Assembly (NCBI GenBank): GCA_951406725.2
Contig: OX597814.1
Span: forward strand, 1,054,001-1,118,000
Source of the DNA: Octopus vulgaris
Lineage: Eukaryota
Reading direction: 5' to 3'
DNA: 64,000 nucleotides
Shown: piece after piece, positions 38,121 to 50,424 of the stretch
How positions within the stretch are numbered: position 1 is the first letter of the stretch
Layout: every line of letters starts with the position of its first letter
Translations under genes and position numbers: made by a program
The notes under the pieces: generated by a model
Seen by the model: the letters and a program-made list of their open reading frames with translations, nothing else
Told to the model about the DNA's origin: nothing
The model's database searches: none

Positions 38121-38353
38121 GGCAGCGAGCTGGCAGAAACGTTAGCACGCCGGGTGAAATGCTTAGCAGTATTTTGTCTCCTGCTATGTTCTGAGTTCAA
38201 ATTCCGCCGAGGTCGACTTTGCCTTTCATCCTTTCAGGGTCGATAAATTAAGTACCAGTTATGCACTGGGGTCGATGTAATTGACTTAATCCCTTTGTCT
38301 GTCCTTGTTTGTCCTCTCTGTATTTAGCCCCTTATGGGTAGTAAAGAAATAAG
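38121..38353 (+). mobile_element. tRNA-derived SINE, full length with TSD
   Basis: A/B boxes, GCCTTTCATCCTTTCAGGGTCGAT domain (Meta/MESC-like from memory), TSD AAAGCTTAAAA at 38110-38120 and 38354-38364. Confidence 0.9.
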
Positions 38354-38364
38354 AAAGCTTAAAA

Positions 38365-38590
38365 GACCGAATATCACAGACCAGAGGAAAACAAAAAGAT
38401 GACCATGGGTTGTAGAGAGCGGCTGTTTGAAGCATGATGCTGTTAGAATGAAAGGACTTTTGACGATGTTTAAAGGTGTTGAGAGAGAGGGTAGCAGACC
38501 AAAAAGTTCATCAGAGCAATGGACCTGGAAATACTGACAGAAAAGATGCAATGAAGATAAATTCCGACAACGAAAGACTGAAACCAATTA
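38365..38590 (-). mobile_element. CR1-group LINE ORF2 C-terminal relic
   Basis: RCRNLSSLHLFCQYFQVHCSDEL..LLP; related to 56900-57400. Confidence 0.5.
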
Positions 38591-38639
38591 GAAAGAACTG
38601 GAATCACCATTGTTCATTTGATTCTGAATTTGGAAACAA

Positions 38640-39640
38640 GTAAATCAAAATCGAAATCGAAATCAATCAACATCAATGGAAATTGTAGCTGTGATATCAG
38701 TGCCGGCGGCACGTAAGAGAACCATCCGAACATGGCCGTTGCCAGCGCCGCCCGGGCTGGCCTCCATGCCGGTGGCACGTAAAAAGCACCCACTACACTC
38801 ATGGAGTGGTTGGCGTTAGGAAGGGCATCCAGCTGTAGAAAAACTGCCAGATCAAGATTGGAGCCTGGTGCAGCCTTCTGGCTTCCCAGACCCCAGTTGA
38901 ACCGTCCAACCCATGCTAGCATGGAAAGTGGACATTAAACAATGATAATGATGATGATGAAGTAAAGGCACTTAAAGAAGGCGCCAGCCCAAAGATGGTG
39001 GCAGCATTTAATGAATGGCCAAGCAGTGGCCTTACAGAGATACAATTTACTTTCAAGTGTAAGAAATTTGTAAGCACAGTTGTAGGATTCTACCTTCTTG
39101 GAACAAATATGTTCAGTCCAATGCCATATTGTCTGTCAAGAGAATTTCTTACTCAAAGTTAAAACAAGGAGTTGGCTTCAGACTAACACACCGATTTTCC
39201 ACCAATATCTTGATGCTTAAGAACCTTTTGTTAGGTTCCAGCCTCCAAATTAACGATGGCAGTTATTTTATTAAATCTTTCTAAATCTTTGATTGTTTTC
39301 AAAAATATTTTAAACCTACAAATTATTTTTTATTAACCCCATTCGAGCGTGATCGTTACCAGCATCGTGATCGTTACTAGCACCTGTGCCGGTGGCATGT
39401 GTAAAAGATTCGAGCAAGATCATTGCCAGTACCGCCTGACTGGCCCCTGTGCTGGAGGCATGTAAAACGTACCCACTACACTCTTGGAGTGGTTGGCGTT
39501 AGGAAGGGCATCCAGCTGTAGAAACTCTGCCAGATCAAGATTGGAGCCTGGTGCAGCCATCTGGTTCGCCAGCCCTCAGTCAAAATCGTCCAACCATGGA
39601 AAGCAGACGTTAAACAACAATGATGATGATGATGATGACC
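38640..39640 (+). mobile_element. Two RTE LINE 3' UTR fragments (38640-38960 and 39338-39640)
   Basis: Core motif, tail hairpin and (GAT)n. Confidence 0.8.
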
Positions 39641-39880
39641 ATGGTTACCAAAGGGTTAAGAATGGTAATCTGTATTTTACTTTGGATCTATGTTTGATAT
39701 CTTATCTAAAAGGTCATGTTGTACATTGAACTTAACATAGGCAAGAATTTTGGGTCTATTGTTTAATAATTCTAATATCCTCACTTCCACAACTTGGAAC
39801 CCAACAAAACAGCTTTAGATTTGAACACAAGTTTTTATTTCTTCATATTTATTAATCATAAAGTATTAAGATTAACTGCA

Positions 39881-40140
39881 TTGTTTCAGATTATCCCAGA
39901 TTGTCTTGGTTTTGTTAAATTGTCTCTGATAAACCTAGATTGTCTTTGATTATCTCAAATTGTCTCAAACTGTTTCAGATTGTCCTAGATTGTCTCAGAT
40001 TTTCTCAGGTTTTCTTAGATTGTTTTAAATTGTCTGCGATTTCCCTGGATTATCTCAGCTTGTCTCAGATTATCTCAAATTGTCTTGCATTGTTTCAGGT
40101 TATCTTAGATTGTCTCAGATTATCTCAGTTTGTCTTGGAT
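39881..40140. repeat. Degenerate 10-bp tandem repeat (consensus TGTCTCAGAT, ~26 copies)
   Basis: Near-strict decamer register over ~260 bp. Confidence 0.85.
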
Positions 40141-40149
40141 CATCAGAGA

Positions 40150-40850
40150 AGTACTAAACTCTTGTCACCTTCAGAGTAGGATCCTCTGACTTCAATGCAT
40201 TTATTGCAACATTCCAACCACTTTGTGAAGGCCCCATGGAAGTCTTGGACACCTAGGGTCTTTGTCACAGCCTCCATCATCTTCTCCTTCAGCTTTGGGA
40301 AAAACCTAACAAGAAGGAATTGGTGAATTGTCCTGGTGCAGATGCTCTGGCCTTTTGCTACAAAATCTCTTCCTGAATTCTCTCAAAATCTCCACAAAGT
40401 ACCCCTTGTTAACGATCAGGTCAGAGGGAACCCAGTAGATATTGATGGTGCCCTTTCTTTTGAAAACAGGGAGCTTCCTGGTGGACTTGCTTTGTTTGGA
40501 TTCTTGTGCCAGTGGAAAGCAGATACTTGGTTCATACAAGTTAATCCATAAGCCATCTGGGGCATTTCATAAATTCCTGTAGCATCTTCCCTCAGATTAA
40601 CACAAAACCTTATTGCATGGTGAGCTTCAAAATTATCTTTCGGCCCCAATTGCGCTCTGCAAACTAATCAACTGTGCTAAGTAGTGTTTAGTAGGGTGTG
40701 TTCAAAGTGCTGTTACAGATGTCTCCTTTAATTTGGAATCACAGAAGTTGGCAGGTCAGCTTATTAGATGTATGGTAACAATAGACTAAAATTACGATAA
40801 TCTAAGACAGAACTGCCTCTCTCCTAAAAGAAAGTTCTTGAAACTCCTGA
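40150..40850 (-). mobile_element. mariner transposase relic
   Basis: HAIRFCVNL..ATGIYEM..AYG..W HTH, KQSKSTRK, YFVEILREFRKRF..KRP..HQDNSP, W..C.NKCIEVRGSY.EGD. Confidence 0.85.
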
Positions 40851-41031
40851 AATGAACCAGGTACATTTGTATTCACAAGTGTATGTATGCATGAATCTAT
40901 ATACAAATGTGCTTACACCCATGTTTATTTCCCACACATATCTAAATATCTCTTTCTGTCAGTCTCTCTCTCTATTTCCCTCTATCTATATATATTCTGT
41001 CTGTCTGTTTGTTTCTATATATCAGTATGAA

Positions 41032-41618
41032 GGGGTGGCAAGCTAGCAGAAATGTTAGCACGCCGAGCGAAATGCTTTGCGGTATTTTGGCTATCGTTAC
41101 ATTCTGAGTTCAAATTCTACCGAGGTCGACTCAGCCTGTCATCCTTTCGGGGTTGATAAATTAAGTACCAGTTACGCACTGGGGTCGATGTAATCGACTT
41201 AATTAGTTTGTCCCCTCTGTATGTAGCCCCTTGTGGGTAGTAAAGAAATGGGTATTTCGTCTGCCGTTAAGTTCTGAGTTCAAATTCCGCTGAGGTCGAC
41301 TTTGCTTTTCATCCTTTCGGGGTCAATTAAATAAGTACCAGTTACACACTGGGGTCGATATAATTGACTTAATCCGTTTGTCTGTCCTTGTTTGTCCCCT
41401 CTGTGTGTAGCCCCTTGTGGTTAGTAAAGAAATAGGTATTTCGTCTGCCGCTACGTTCTGAGTTTAAATTCCACCGAGGTTGACTTTGCCTTTCATCCTT
41501 TCAGGGTCGATTAAATAAGTACCAGTTACGCACTGGGGTCGATGTAATCGACTTAATCCCTTTGTCTGTCCTTGTTTGTCCCTTCTGTGTTTAGCCCCTT
41601 GTGGGTAGTAAAGAAATA
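41032..41618 (+). mobile_element. tRNA-derived SINE tandem trimer (one A-box head, three B-box-to-tail units)
   Basis: TTCTGAGTT(C/T)AAATTC recurs at ~41102, ~41272, ~41456. Confidence 0.9.
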
Positions 41619-43593
41619 TATATATATCAGTATGTCTTTATCTTTCTATCTCTCTCTTTATATACTCTCTCTTCTCTCTCTCTCTCTCTCTCTCTATCCA
41701 CACACACTCACACACTCATTTCTCTCTCTCAGTCTATATCTGTCTTATTTTCTTTCTCTGTGCATGCACACACACACACGCACACACACGCAAAAAAAAG
41801 TACACCTAATAAAAATTGTGTTCGTTAAAATGACAGTAATTATCTCCATATTTACTCCGCTCTCCCTCCAACAGCTCCCAATACCTCAATGGCTGAAATA
41901 ACAGAAAAATTAATATTTTAAAAGCAATCAGTCTCTTATTTCTTTAATTGAATCACTCTCTGCAATAAATAATCAAGTTTGTCTTCTCTTTTCAGTCATT
42001 AGTCAATAATTCCTGTCAATTAGTTTCATTTTTCTTTAGTCATGGAAGCAATTTTGTTGTTTAGTTTCAGATCAACAGTGATCATACGTACCTATAATCA
42101 AAGACATTCCAGCTGTGACCATCATGTTTTTTTTTGTTTTTGTTTTATCTATTGTTACATGTCATAAATAAACTAAAAATATAGCAGAAGATACTTGCCC
42201 AAGTTGCCGCATAGTGGGACTGAACCTGAGACCACCTGGTTGAAAAGCAAGCTTCTTAACCACAGAGCCATGATTGTCTTCTTTATCCCCCTTTTTAAGA
42301 TGATAGGTTTTGTGATATGAAAGGAAAAATTGAGGGCAGTGTTGACCTACAAAGGATCTACTCAACTTCTGCAAACATGGAAAAATCAATGTAAAAATGA
42401 TGATGGTGGTTGTGATTGAGGTTGAGGTGTATAATATTTAAATTTAGGTCTCTGTTGCCCATTTTGTATATATATATATATATCTGCTGTGCTTGAGAAG
42501 ACCCTGCAAGCCAAGTGAGATTATAGTCGTGGCCGATGCCAGTGTCACATAATTGGCCGATTTAAAAGTACCCTTCAATCATCAGTCAAATGCTGAAGTT
42601 GTGAAGACCTGTTGAACCAAGTGAAATCGTAGTCCTGGCCGATGTTGGTGTCGCCTGACTGGCACCCGTGCCAGTGGCATGTTTAAAGCACCATTTGAGC
42701 ATGACTAATGCAGTTGTTAACCCTTCAGCATTCAGATTATTTTATCGAATGTAATATTTTTTTTGAAAAACTGTCTGCAGTGCGTATCACTTCAGCTTAC
42801 GAGAAAGGGATGGCCTCCCTTTGCAAATACCATAAGGGCACAGATAGTGTGCCTAAAGCCAGCTGGAGACGATGATCTCCTGGGGCTAAAAGCTACAGTA
42901 ACAACACCCCTCCCCTTTGTGGTTAGCCATATTGAGATGGCTATTATACTTTACAATATTTTTTTTATTCATGTTGTTTTAAATTTACCCTGAAATTATC
43001 CAAAAAAGTATCCAGTACAGAGTGGGGCCATAGCTGAAAGCGGGGTGGTTGAAGTTTGAAAGAAGGGGCCAGAACGACAGGTTTCTTACTGTAGGTGGCA
43101 CATATAAAGCACCATTTGAGTGTGGTCATTGCCAGTGCCACCCGACTGGCTCCTGTGTCTGTGGAATGTAAAAAGCACCCACTACACTCTTGGAGTGGTT
43201 GGCATTAGGAAGGGCATCCAGCTGTAGAAACTTTGCCAGATCAGATTGGAGCCTGGTGCAGCCTCCTGGTTTGCCAGTCCTCAGTGAAACCATCCAACCC
43301 AAACCAGCATGGAAAGCGGACATTAAATGATGATGATGATGATGACGATGATTAATGTTTTTAATAACCACCTGAGTCCACCCCCTGCTTTATAATGCAA
43401 ACTTCTTGTTCTAAAATGATCTAAATTAAAACTGTGTTTCATCAGAATTTGTTCATTTGTCTTCCAGACACCAGCTTTAATAACGACAAAGTTATTTTAT
43501 TAAAGTCTTCGTTATCTTGAAAATTAATTAATATAAAGGCAACAGCAACCATGGTGACAAAATAGTTAAAATGTTGTTATATTCCTCTTACAG

Positions 43594-43756
43594 AGACATG
43601 ACAGTCACATGTAACCAACTGGTGCAGGAATTCATGTCTGGAATTCTTCGGATTACCAATGATGCTAATGAAGATGATGTGGAAGAATTACAGAATTACC
43701 TCCTCAAAGGTCAAGGGGTCTATTTGCTAAAGGTCATTCACAAAATCGGAGTAAAG
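43594..43756 (+). CDS. Candidate internal coding exon of an unidentified host gene (DMTVTCNQLVQEFMSGILRITNDANEDDVEELQNYLLKGQGVYLLKVIHKIGVK)
   Basis: TATTCCTCTTACAG acceptor, AAG|GTAAGT consensus donor, 163-nt open frame, non-repetitive protein-like composition. Product not recognised. Confidence 0.7.
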
Positions 43757-44350
43757 GTAAGTTGTTTTTAATTTGTTTCACTCGTGCCATGTAAAAAGCA
43801 AAGGTGATGGTGTCGCATAAACGGCATCCAGTACAGAGCGGGGCCAAAGCTGAAAGGGGCCGGTGGTTGAAGTTTGAAAGAAGGGGCCAGAACAACAGCT
43901 TTCTTACTGTAGGAGAGCTACATGGTTATGCATGTTACAAAAGGGAGGGTAGGAGTGGCCAGGAGGGGGAGAGAGAGAGAGAGATTGTTAGAGATAGGGA
44001 ATGGTTAAGAGGGTAAATATAGTGAAGAACAAGTATTGAAAAAGAGAAAAAGGAAGAGTAGTGGATAACTGCAGGGGTCCAGTAGGGTTGAGGGACAAGT
44101 ATTTGTTGTGTTACATTCTTTGTTTCCACTAAATCTCATGGAATAGGTTCTGTAATCCTATCCGACATGATGTTAATCTGCCAAACCAAGAACACAAACA
44201 GCATTTTATAACTTCAGTATTTAATCTTTCGTCCCCAGTTTTTAATTTTGTGACTTTTTATATGTTTGCAGCTCATCGTTCCTCTCTACCAGTGGTTCCC
44301 AACCCTTTTATTTAAATGAGTTTTCTCATGGACCCCTTTTAATATGCTTA

Positions 44351-44721
44351 TCCTTATGTGTGTGTATATATGTGTGTGTGTGTGTGTTTGGGGTTACTCT
44401 AATGCCTCCTACACCGTCCAACTGATTTTAATGATTTTTGGCACATAGGTGCATCACATGTCCTGAAGTTCAAATAAGGCTGGAATTTTTCAAAAACTCA
44501 ATAATGTTCAGTTGGCATCGATTTTTATGAGCTCAATCGGGTATTTGAATGGAAGTTCCCATAATGATGCTATTTATCCTGTAGCTTTTGCATTTTTTCA
44601 TGTGTAAAATTTCAACAAAATCGATAGAATAGTCTCTAAGGAAAAGCTTATTCAATACAAGGTCAGAGGTGGGCTTAACTTCAACATGGAAAACACGAGC
44701 AATGCTGGGTCCAACAGCTAG
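44351..44721 (+). mobile_element. Non-autonomous Helitron-type element
   Basis: A|TC start, (TG)n, 3' ACGAGCAATGCTGGG hairpin relic and CTAG|T end. Confidence 0.6.
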
Positions 44722-44773
44722 TAATATATATATATATATATATATTATTATTATTTTTATTTTTATTTTTATT

Positions 44774-45424
44774 TTATAATGAGGGTACTACTATTAGTAG
44801 ATACCAACACGCTAAGAGGGACCAATGCGGTCAAAACTACTAAAATAAACAAAATATTACCGAATGCAAAACTTCAAAACACATCATTTTAAAAAAGAAT
44901 TCAGTTACAAATCACATGTGATTTCGCATTTAATGCAGAATATGCATTTCATGTTCATCAGTGCAACAAACTCAAGAAATATAATAGAAAAACATAACAT
45001 TACAAGCTCGATAGCCAACCGTAGAATTCATCGTAGCATGTACGAATGTTTATCTTTACATATCTATGAAAATGGCGGGCTTATTCGCAATGCATTTCAG
45101 TAACAAATTGTCTAGTCGGAATAAAAATTCAGTATTGAAGTATTCCGGTGAAAAATATAAATTAACAATTGAGGATAAAATCTTTAAAAGAAATTATCAG
45201 TATGGTGTGTTTTGAAGTTTTGCATTTGGTAATATTTTGTTTATTTTAGTAGTTTTGACCGCATTGGTCCCTCTTAGCATGTTGGTATCTACTAATAGTA
45301 GTACCCTCATTATAATATAAATGAATATTTTCAAAGAGTAAGAATTTACGGATTCTTTCTCTTACGAGGTTTTTCACGCTGACTACTGATAATTTCTTTT
45401 AAAGATTTTATCCTCAATTGTTAA
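44774..45424. mobile_element. Double fold-back element (family F5)
   Basis: Interlocked inverted repeats 44774-44888/45202-45315 and 45161-45202/45384-45424. Confidence 0.85.
44904..44967 (-). ncRNA. Type I hammerhead ribozyme motif (F5)
   Basis: GTTGCA-CTGATGA-ACATGAAATGCA(TATTC)TGCATTAAATGC-GAAA-TCACATGTGA-TT-TGTAAC. 6-bp stem I, palindrome ATCACATGTGAT. Confidence 0.85.
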
Positions 45425-46232
<808 letters not shown>

Positions 46233-46404
46233 TTAGTAATTTGTGATAAATCATTTTACCTTTGCCCATATAATACAGTAAATGAATTGATTGCATCGCA
46301 ATCATTAACATTTATGTATTAACTTTGTTAGGTTCTTCACTAGCAGTATATTGGATATACGTTATCCCATGGAGGGTTGGATTTACAACCCCTATCTCAA
46401 TTTT

Positions 46405-46435
<31 letters not shown>

Positions 46436-46660
46436 TTTTGAATTTAGTTCACGGACACCCAGTATATCTTTGTGGACCGCCAGGGGTCCATAGACCCCAG
46501 GTTGGGAACCACTGTTCTATGCTATTAACCTCAAAAGTAGCACAAAGCCATACCCCTCAATACTACATGTGTATTCATGCATGTATGTGTATGTACGTAT
46601 ATATAAAGATGTGTATATGTATGCATGTATGTATGTACATTGTATGTATTTATATATATA

Positions 46661-46880
46661 TACGTGGAAAAAAAGTCAAGGTACAAAATGCTAAAATAAT
46701 TTTATAAAAAGCATTTCAGTACCGGTTTCAGTCATTGAGACTTTTTCAACTGTAACAATTAAACAATTAAATTTAGAAAAATTAAAAGAAAAGTTTTTCA
46801 AAAAAAATATTTGTATAGTGTTCAAATTTTTTTTATAAAATTATTTTAGCATTTTCTATCTTGACTTATTTCCATATATA
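46661..46880. mobile_element. Fold-back element (family F6), ~50-bp arms
   Basis: 46661-46710 vs 46830-46880; flanked by (TA)n. Confidence 0.8.
46717..46752 (-). ncRNA. Minimal hammerhead motif, U3-A8 core variant (F6)
   Basis: CAG-TTGAAAA-AGTC(TCAAT)GACT-GAAA-CCGG-TA-CTG; palindrome ACCGGT. Confidence 0.8.
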
Positions 46881-46966
46881 TCAACTCGTGTGTTCCTTTT
46901 CATCCTTCTACATATATATATATATTCATACATATATATAAGTGTGTGTGTGTATATATATATACT

Positions 46967-47029
<63 letters not shown>

Positions 47030-47039
47030 CACAACACAC

Positions 47040-47072
<33 letters not shown>

Positions 47073-47449
47073 ATATATATACACACACACATATATACAT
47101 ATATGTATATATGTGTGTGTGTATATATTTTGGTGCGAATGGTTTTGTTATACAACGGCGTAATTTACAATCCTGTAAATAATAATAATGGTATTTTTAT
47201 ATAAGCTTACAGCTTATGGGGATCACCGTGCAATGATTAAGGAAAATAGTCTAATAATGGGGCATGTAAGCCCTCGACAGAAAAAAGAAGACTTATGCCT
47301 CGATATATGAGTTAATTCATTCCCAGTGAATGATTGTAAAAGGAAAACTCAATCAGAGAATAAAGCTTGTAAAAACTCAAAAACCCAGGGTCTCATTAGT
47401 TGGGTCCTTATAAAGTGAGTATTACTGTGTATATATATATATATATTTT

Positions 47450-47777
47450 GGAGATGTACTCGCATAGCAAGTAATTTGATCTGAGATCGTGTGCTGAAAC
47501 GAAAACAATTGCAGCGTGGAAGGTGTTTATAAGCCATTTAAGAAACACACAAAAGCCGTTCGATTCACTCCAACATTTAAGTTTAATTTGTCAAAATATT
47601 TTCGTCGCTAAAATCCGCGACCTGTTCACTGACAAAGTCCGTGCTGCATCACGGACTTTGTCAGTGAACAGGTCGCGGATTATATATATACAAATTAAAC
47701 TTAAATGTTGGAGTGAATCGAACGGCTTTTGTGTGTTTCTTAAATGGCTTATAAACACCTTCCACGCTGCAATTGTT
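47450..47777. mobile_element. Fold-back element (family F7), near-perfect arms
   Basis: 47504-47643 vs 47650-47777 with a 6-nt loop. Right arm has ~21 nt replaced by (TA)4. (TA)n on both flanks. Confidence 0.9.
47587..47636 (-). ncRNA. Minimal hammerhead motif, G3-C8 core variant (F7)
   Basis: TTTGTCA-GTGAACA-G-GTCGC(GGATTTTA)GCGAC-GAAA-ATAT-TT-TGACAAA. 7-bp stem I, 5-bp stem II, palindrome AATATT. Confidence 0.8.
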
Positions 47778-47814
47778 GTGTTGTATATATATATATATAT
47801 ATATATATACATAC

Positions 47815-48384
47815 ATGCCAGGGGTGTAACCAGCCCACTTTTGTGTACCTTTCCTTCATTGGACTGTAAACTCTGTTTGCAAAGGCCTGTTGAATCAAGT
47901 GAAATCGAAATCAAATTTGATGACTGGCATCCGTGCTAGTGGAGCACGAAGAGTACCATACAAGTGTGATCATTGCCAGAGCAATAAGCTGGCCTCCGTG
48001 CTGGTGGCACAGAAAAAACACCATTCGAGTGTGATTGTTACCTGCATCACCTAACTGGCACTTGTGCTGGTGGCATGTGAAAAAACATTCGAGCGAGGTC
48101 ATTGCCAGTGCCGCTGGACTGGTTCCTCTGCAGGTGGCACATAAAAAGCACCATTCGAGCATGGCCGTTGCCAGTACCGCCTGACTGGCCTCCATGCCGG
48201 TGGCACGTAAAAGCACCCACTACACTCTCGGAGTGGTTGGTGTTTGGAAGGGCATCCAACTGTAGAAACTCTGCCAAATCAAGATTAGAGCCTGGTGCAG
48301 CCATCTGGTTCGCCAGCCCTCAGTCAAATCGTCCAACCCATGCCAGCATGGAAAGTGGATGTTAAGCAATGATGATGATGATGA

Positions 48385-48388
<4 letters not shown>
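47815..48388 (+). mobile_element. RTE LINE 3' UTR fragment
   Basis: Spacer, ~5 repeats, core, hairpin, (GAT)n. Confidence 0.85.
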
Positions 48389-48427
<39 letters not shown>

Positions 48428-49180
48428 TATATCTGGTGCTCCATTTAGATTATTTCCTGTTTCTGAATGCAGCAATCTTATTAAGGTGTAATATTATAAA
48501 GTCGACAATTACCTGGCATCATTAGACACTGCTGATTGGGAAACTACTACGTTAGCACCTTTCTCCTTCCATTTCTAAGTGATGGTCATCAAATTAGTTC
48601 AATACCCATCTGATTGATATCTATCAATTAGTAGATATTTGACTTCAATCAAAGTCACTTTAGATACTTACTGTCGACACTAATCTGTTCAGCTTATGCT
48701 GTCCAACTTATTTACATAACGAGCGCATTGTATTTTAATTGCTTTTTAATTAGGAGTACTGAGGCGATTACCATTTTCTTCTCAATGCTTGGAATTTTAA
48801 ACATTCTTCATGCTTACAAATTAAAGGGATTCTCTGTTTGTCTCTATACTCTGTGTGCTCAGTCACTCAGCCATGCTGGGGGGGGGGGTAAGAGGTTTTG
48901 CTTCACAATCACCTGGTTCTAGGTTCAGTCTCATTGCATGGCACCTTGGGAAATCATCTATTACAGCCCCAGGCTGGCCAATGCTTTGTGAGTGAATTTG
49001 GTAGACAAGATGTGTGGAAGCTTGTCACTCATCATCATCGTCATCATCATCTTTTTTAATATTCGTTTTTCTTAAGGTGGCAAGCAGGCAGAGTTATTTG
49101 GATGCTGGGAAAGATACTTGATGGTATGTTGTCTGTCTTGAGGTTCTAAGTTCAAATTCCATTGAGATTGACTTTGCTTT

Positions 49181-49698
49181 CATCATCATCATCATCGTCG
49201 TTTAACGTCCGCTTTCCATGCTAGCATGGGTTGGACGATTTTGACTGAGGGCTGGCAAACCAGATGGCTGCACCAGGTTCTAATCTTGATTTGGGAGAGT
49301 TTCTACAGCTGAATGCCCTTCTTAACGCCAACCACTCCGAGAGTGCAGTGGGTGCTTTTTATGTGCCACCAGTCAGGCGGTACTGGCAACGACCTCGCTG
49401 GAATCCTTTTACACATGCCACCAGCACAGGTGCCAGTAAGGTGACTTTGGTAACGATCACACTCGAATGGTGCCCTTTTACGTGCCACCTGCACAGAAGC
49501 CAGTTGGCTGCTCTGGCAACGATCACACTCGGATGGTACTCTTGGCACCCTACTAGCACGGACACAAGTGCCAGTAAGGCGACACTGGTAATGATCACGC
49601 TCAAATGGTGCCCTTTAAGTGCCCCTGGCAAGGAAGCCGGTTAGCCGCTCTGTCTATGATCATGCTCGTATGGTGCTCTTTGCACCCTGCTAGCACGG
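49181..49698 (-). mobile_element. RTE LINE 3' UTR fragment
   Basis: (CAT)n, hairpin, core, ~6 repeats. Confidence 0.85.
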
Positions 49699-49737
49699 TT
49701 TCCTCCTTTCAAAGTTGATAAAATAATCCCCAGTATA

Positions 49738-50083
49738 GTGCAGGAGTGGCTGTGTGGTAAGAAGCTTGCTTCCCAACCATTTGGTTCCAGGTTCAGTCCC
49801 ACTGCGTGACACCTTGGGTAAGTGTCCTCTACCACAGCCTCGGGCTGACTAAAGCCTTGTAAGTGGATTTGATTGTGTGTGTGTCTGTGTTTGTCCCTCC
49901 ACCATCACTTGACAACCGGTGTTGGTATATTTAGATCCCCGAAACTTAGCTGTTCGGCATAAGAGACTGATAGAATAAGTACTAATCTTACAAAGAATAA
50001 GTTCTGGGGTCGATTTGTTTGACTAAAGGTGGTGCTCCAGCATGGCCGCTGTCAAATGACTGAAACAAGTAAAAGAATAAAAG
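49738..50083 (+). mobile_element. tRNA-derived SINE (same family as 62545-62931)
   Basis: Full head and tail match. Confidence 0.85.
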
Positions 50084-50184
50084 AACACTGGGGTCATTGT
50101 AATTGACTTACTCCCCTTTTCCCCCCAAAATTGCTGGCCTTGTGCTAAGATTTTGAGCCACTATTTGCTTTCCTTTCTGGCAAA

Positions 50185-50360
50185 CATGAACCGATGTAGA
50201 CCATGCTGAGGGTTTTGCCTTGCTCTCTGACACAATATCAAACCCCACTCGATTATTTCGTAGTCTAGAATTAGCTGCACATGATGTTGGACTGCTTGTT
50301 AATCCTAGTAAAACCAAGATCATTGCTCACAGTCAACAAGTGTCCTTCACCAACATCAGC
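50185..50360 (+). mobile_element. RTE-like reverse transcriptase fragment
   Basis: TDVDHAEGFALLSDTIS..RLFRSLELAAHDVGLLVNPSKTKII resembles a decayed D.DYADD..GL..N..KTK region. Confidence 0.6.
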
Positions 50361-50424
50361 AGAGAACCCCATCAATGAAGTGGCTGGTATCTATCGTGAA
50401 GTTGATAGATGGATGCAGTGTGGT

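Noticed and set aside
42793-42836. Hammerhead-like string CTTACGA-G-AAAGGGA..TCCCTTT-GCAAA in an F4-related fragment
   Set aside because: Two core positions are wrong and there is no stem I; too decayed to call.
47250-47283. Minus-strand CTGTCGA-GGGC..GCCC
   Set aside because: No GAAA after the stem and no stem I.
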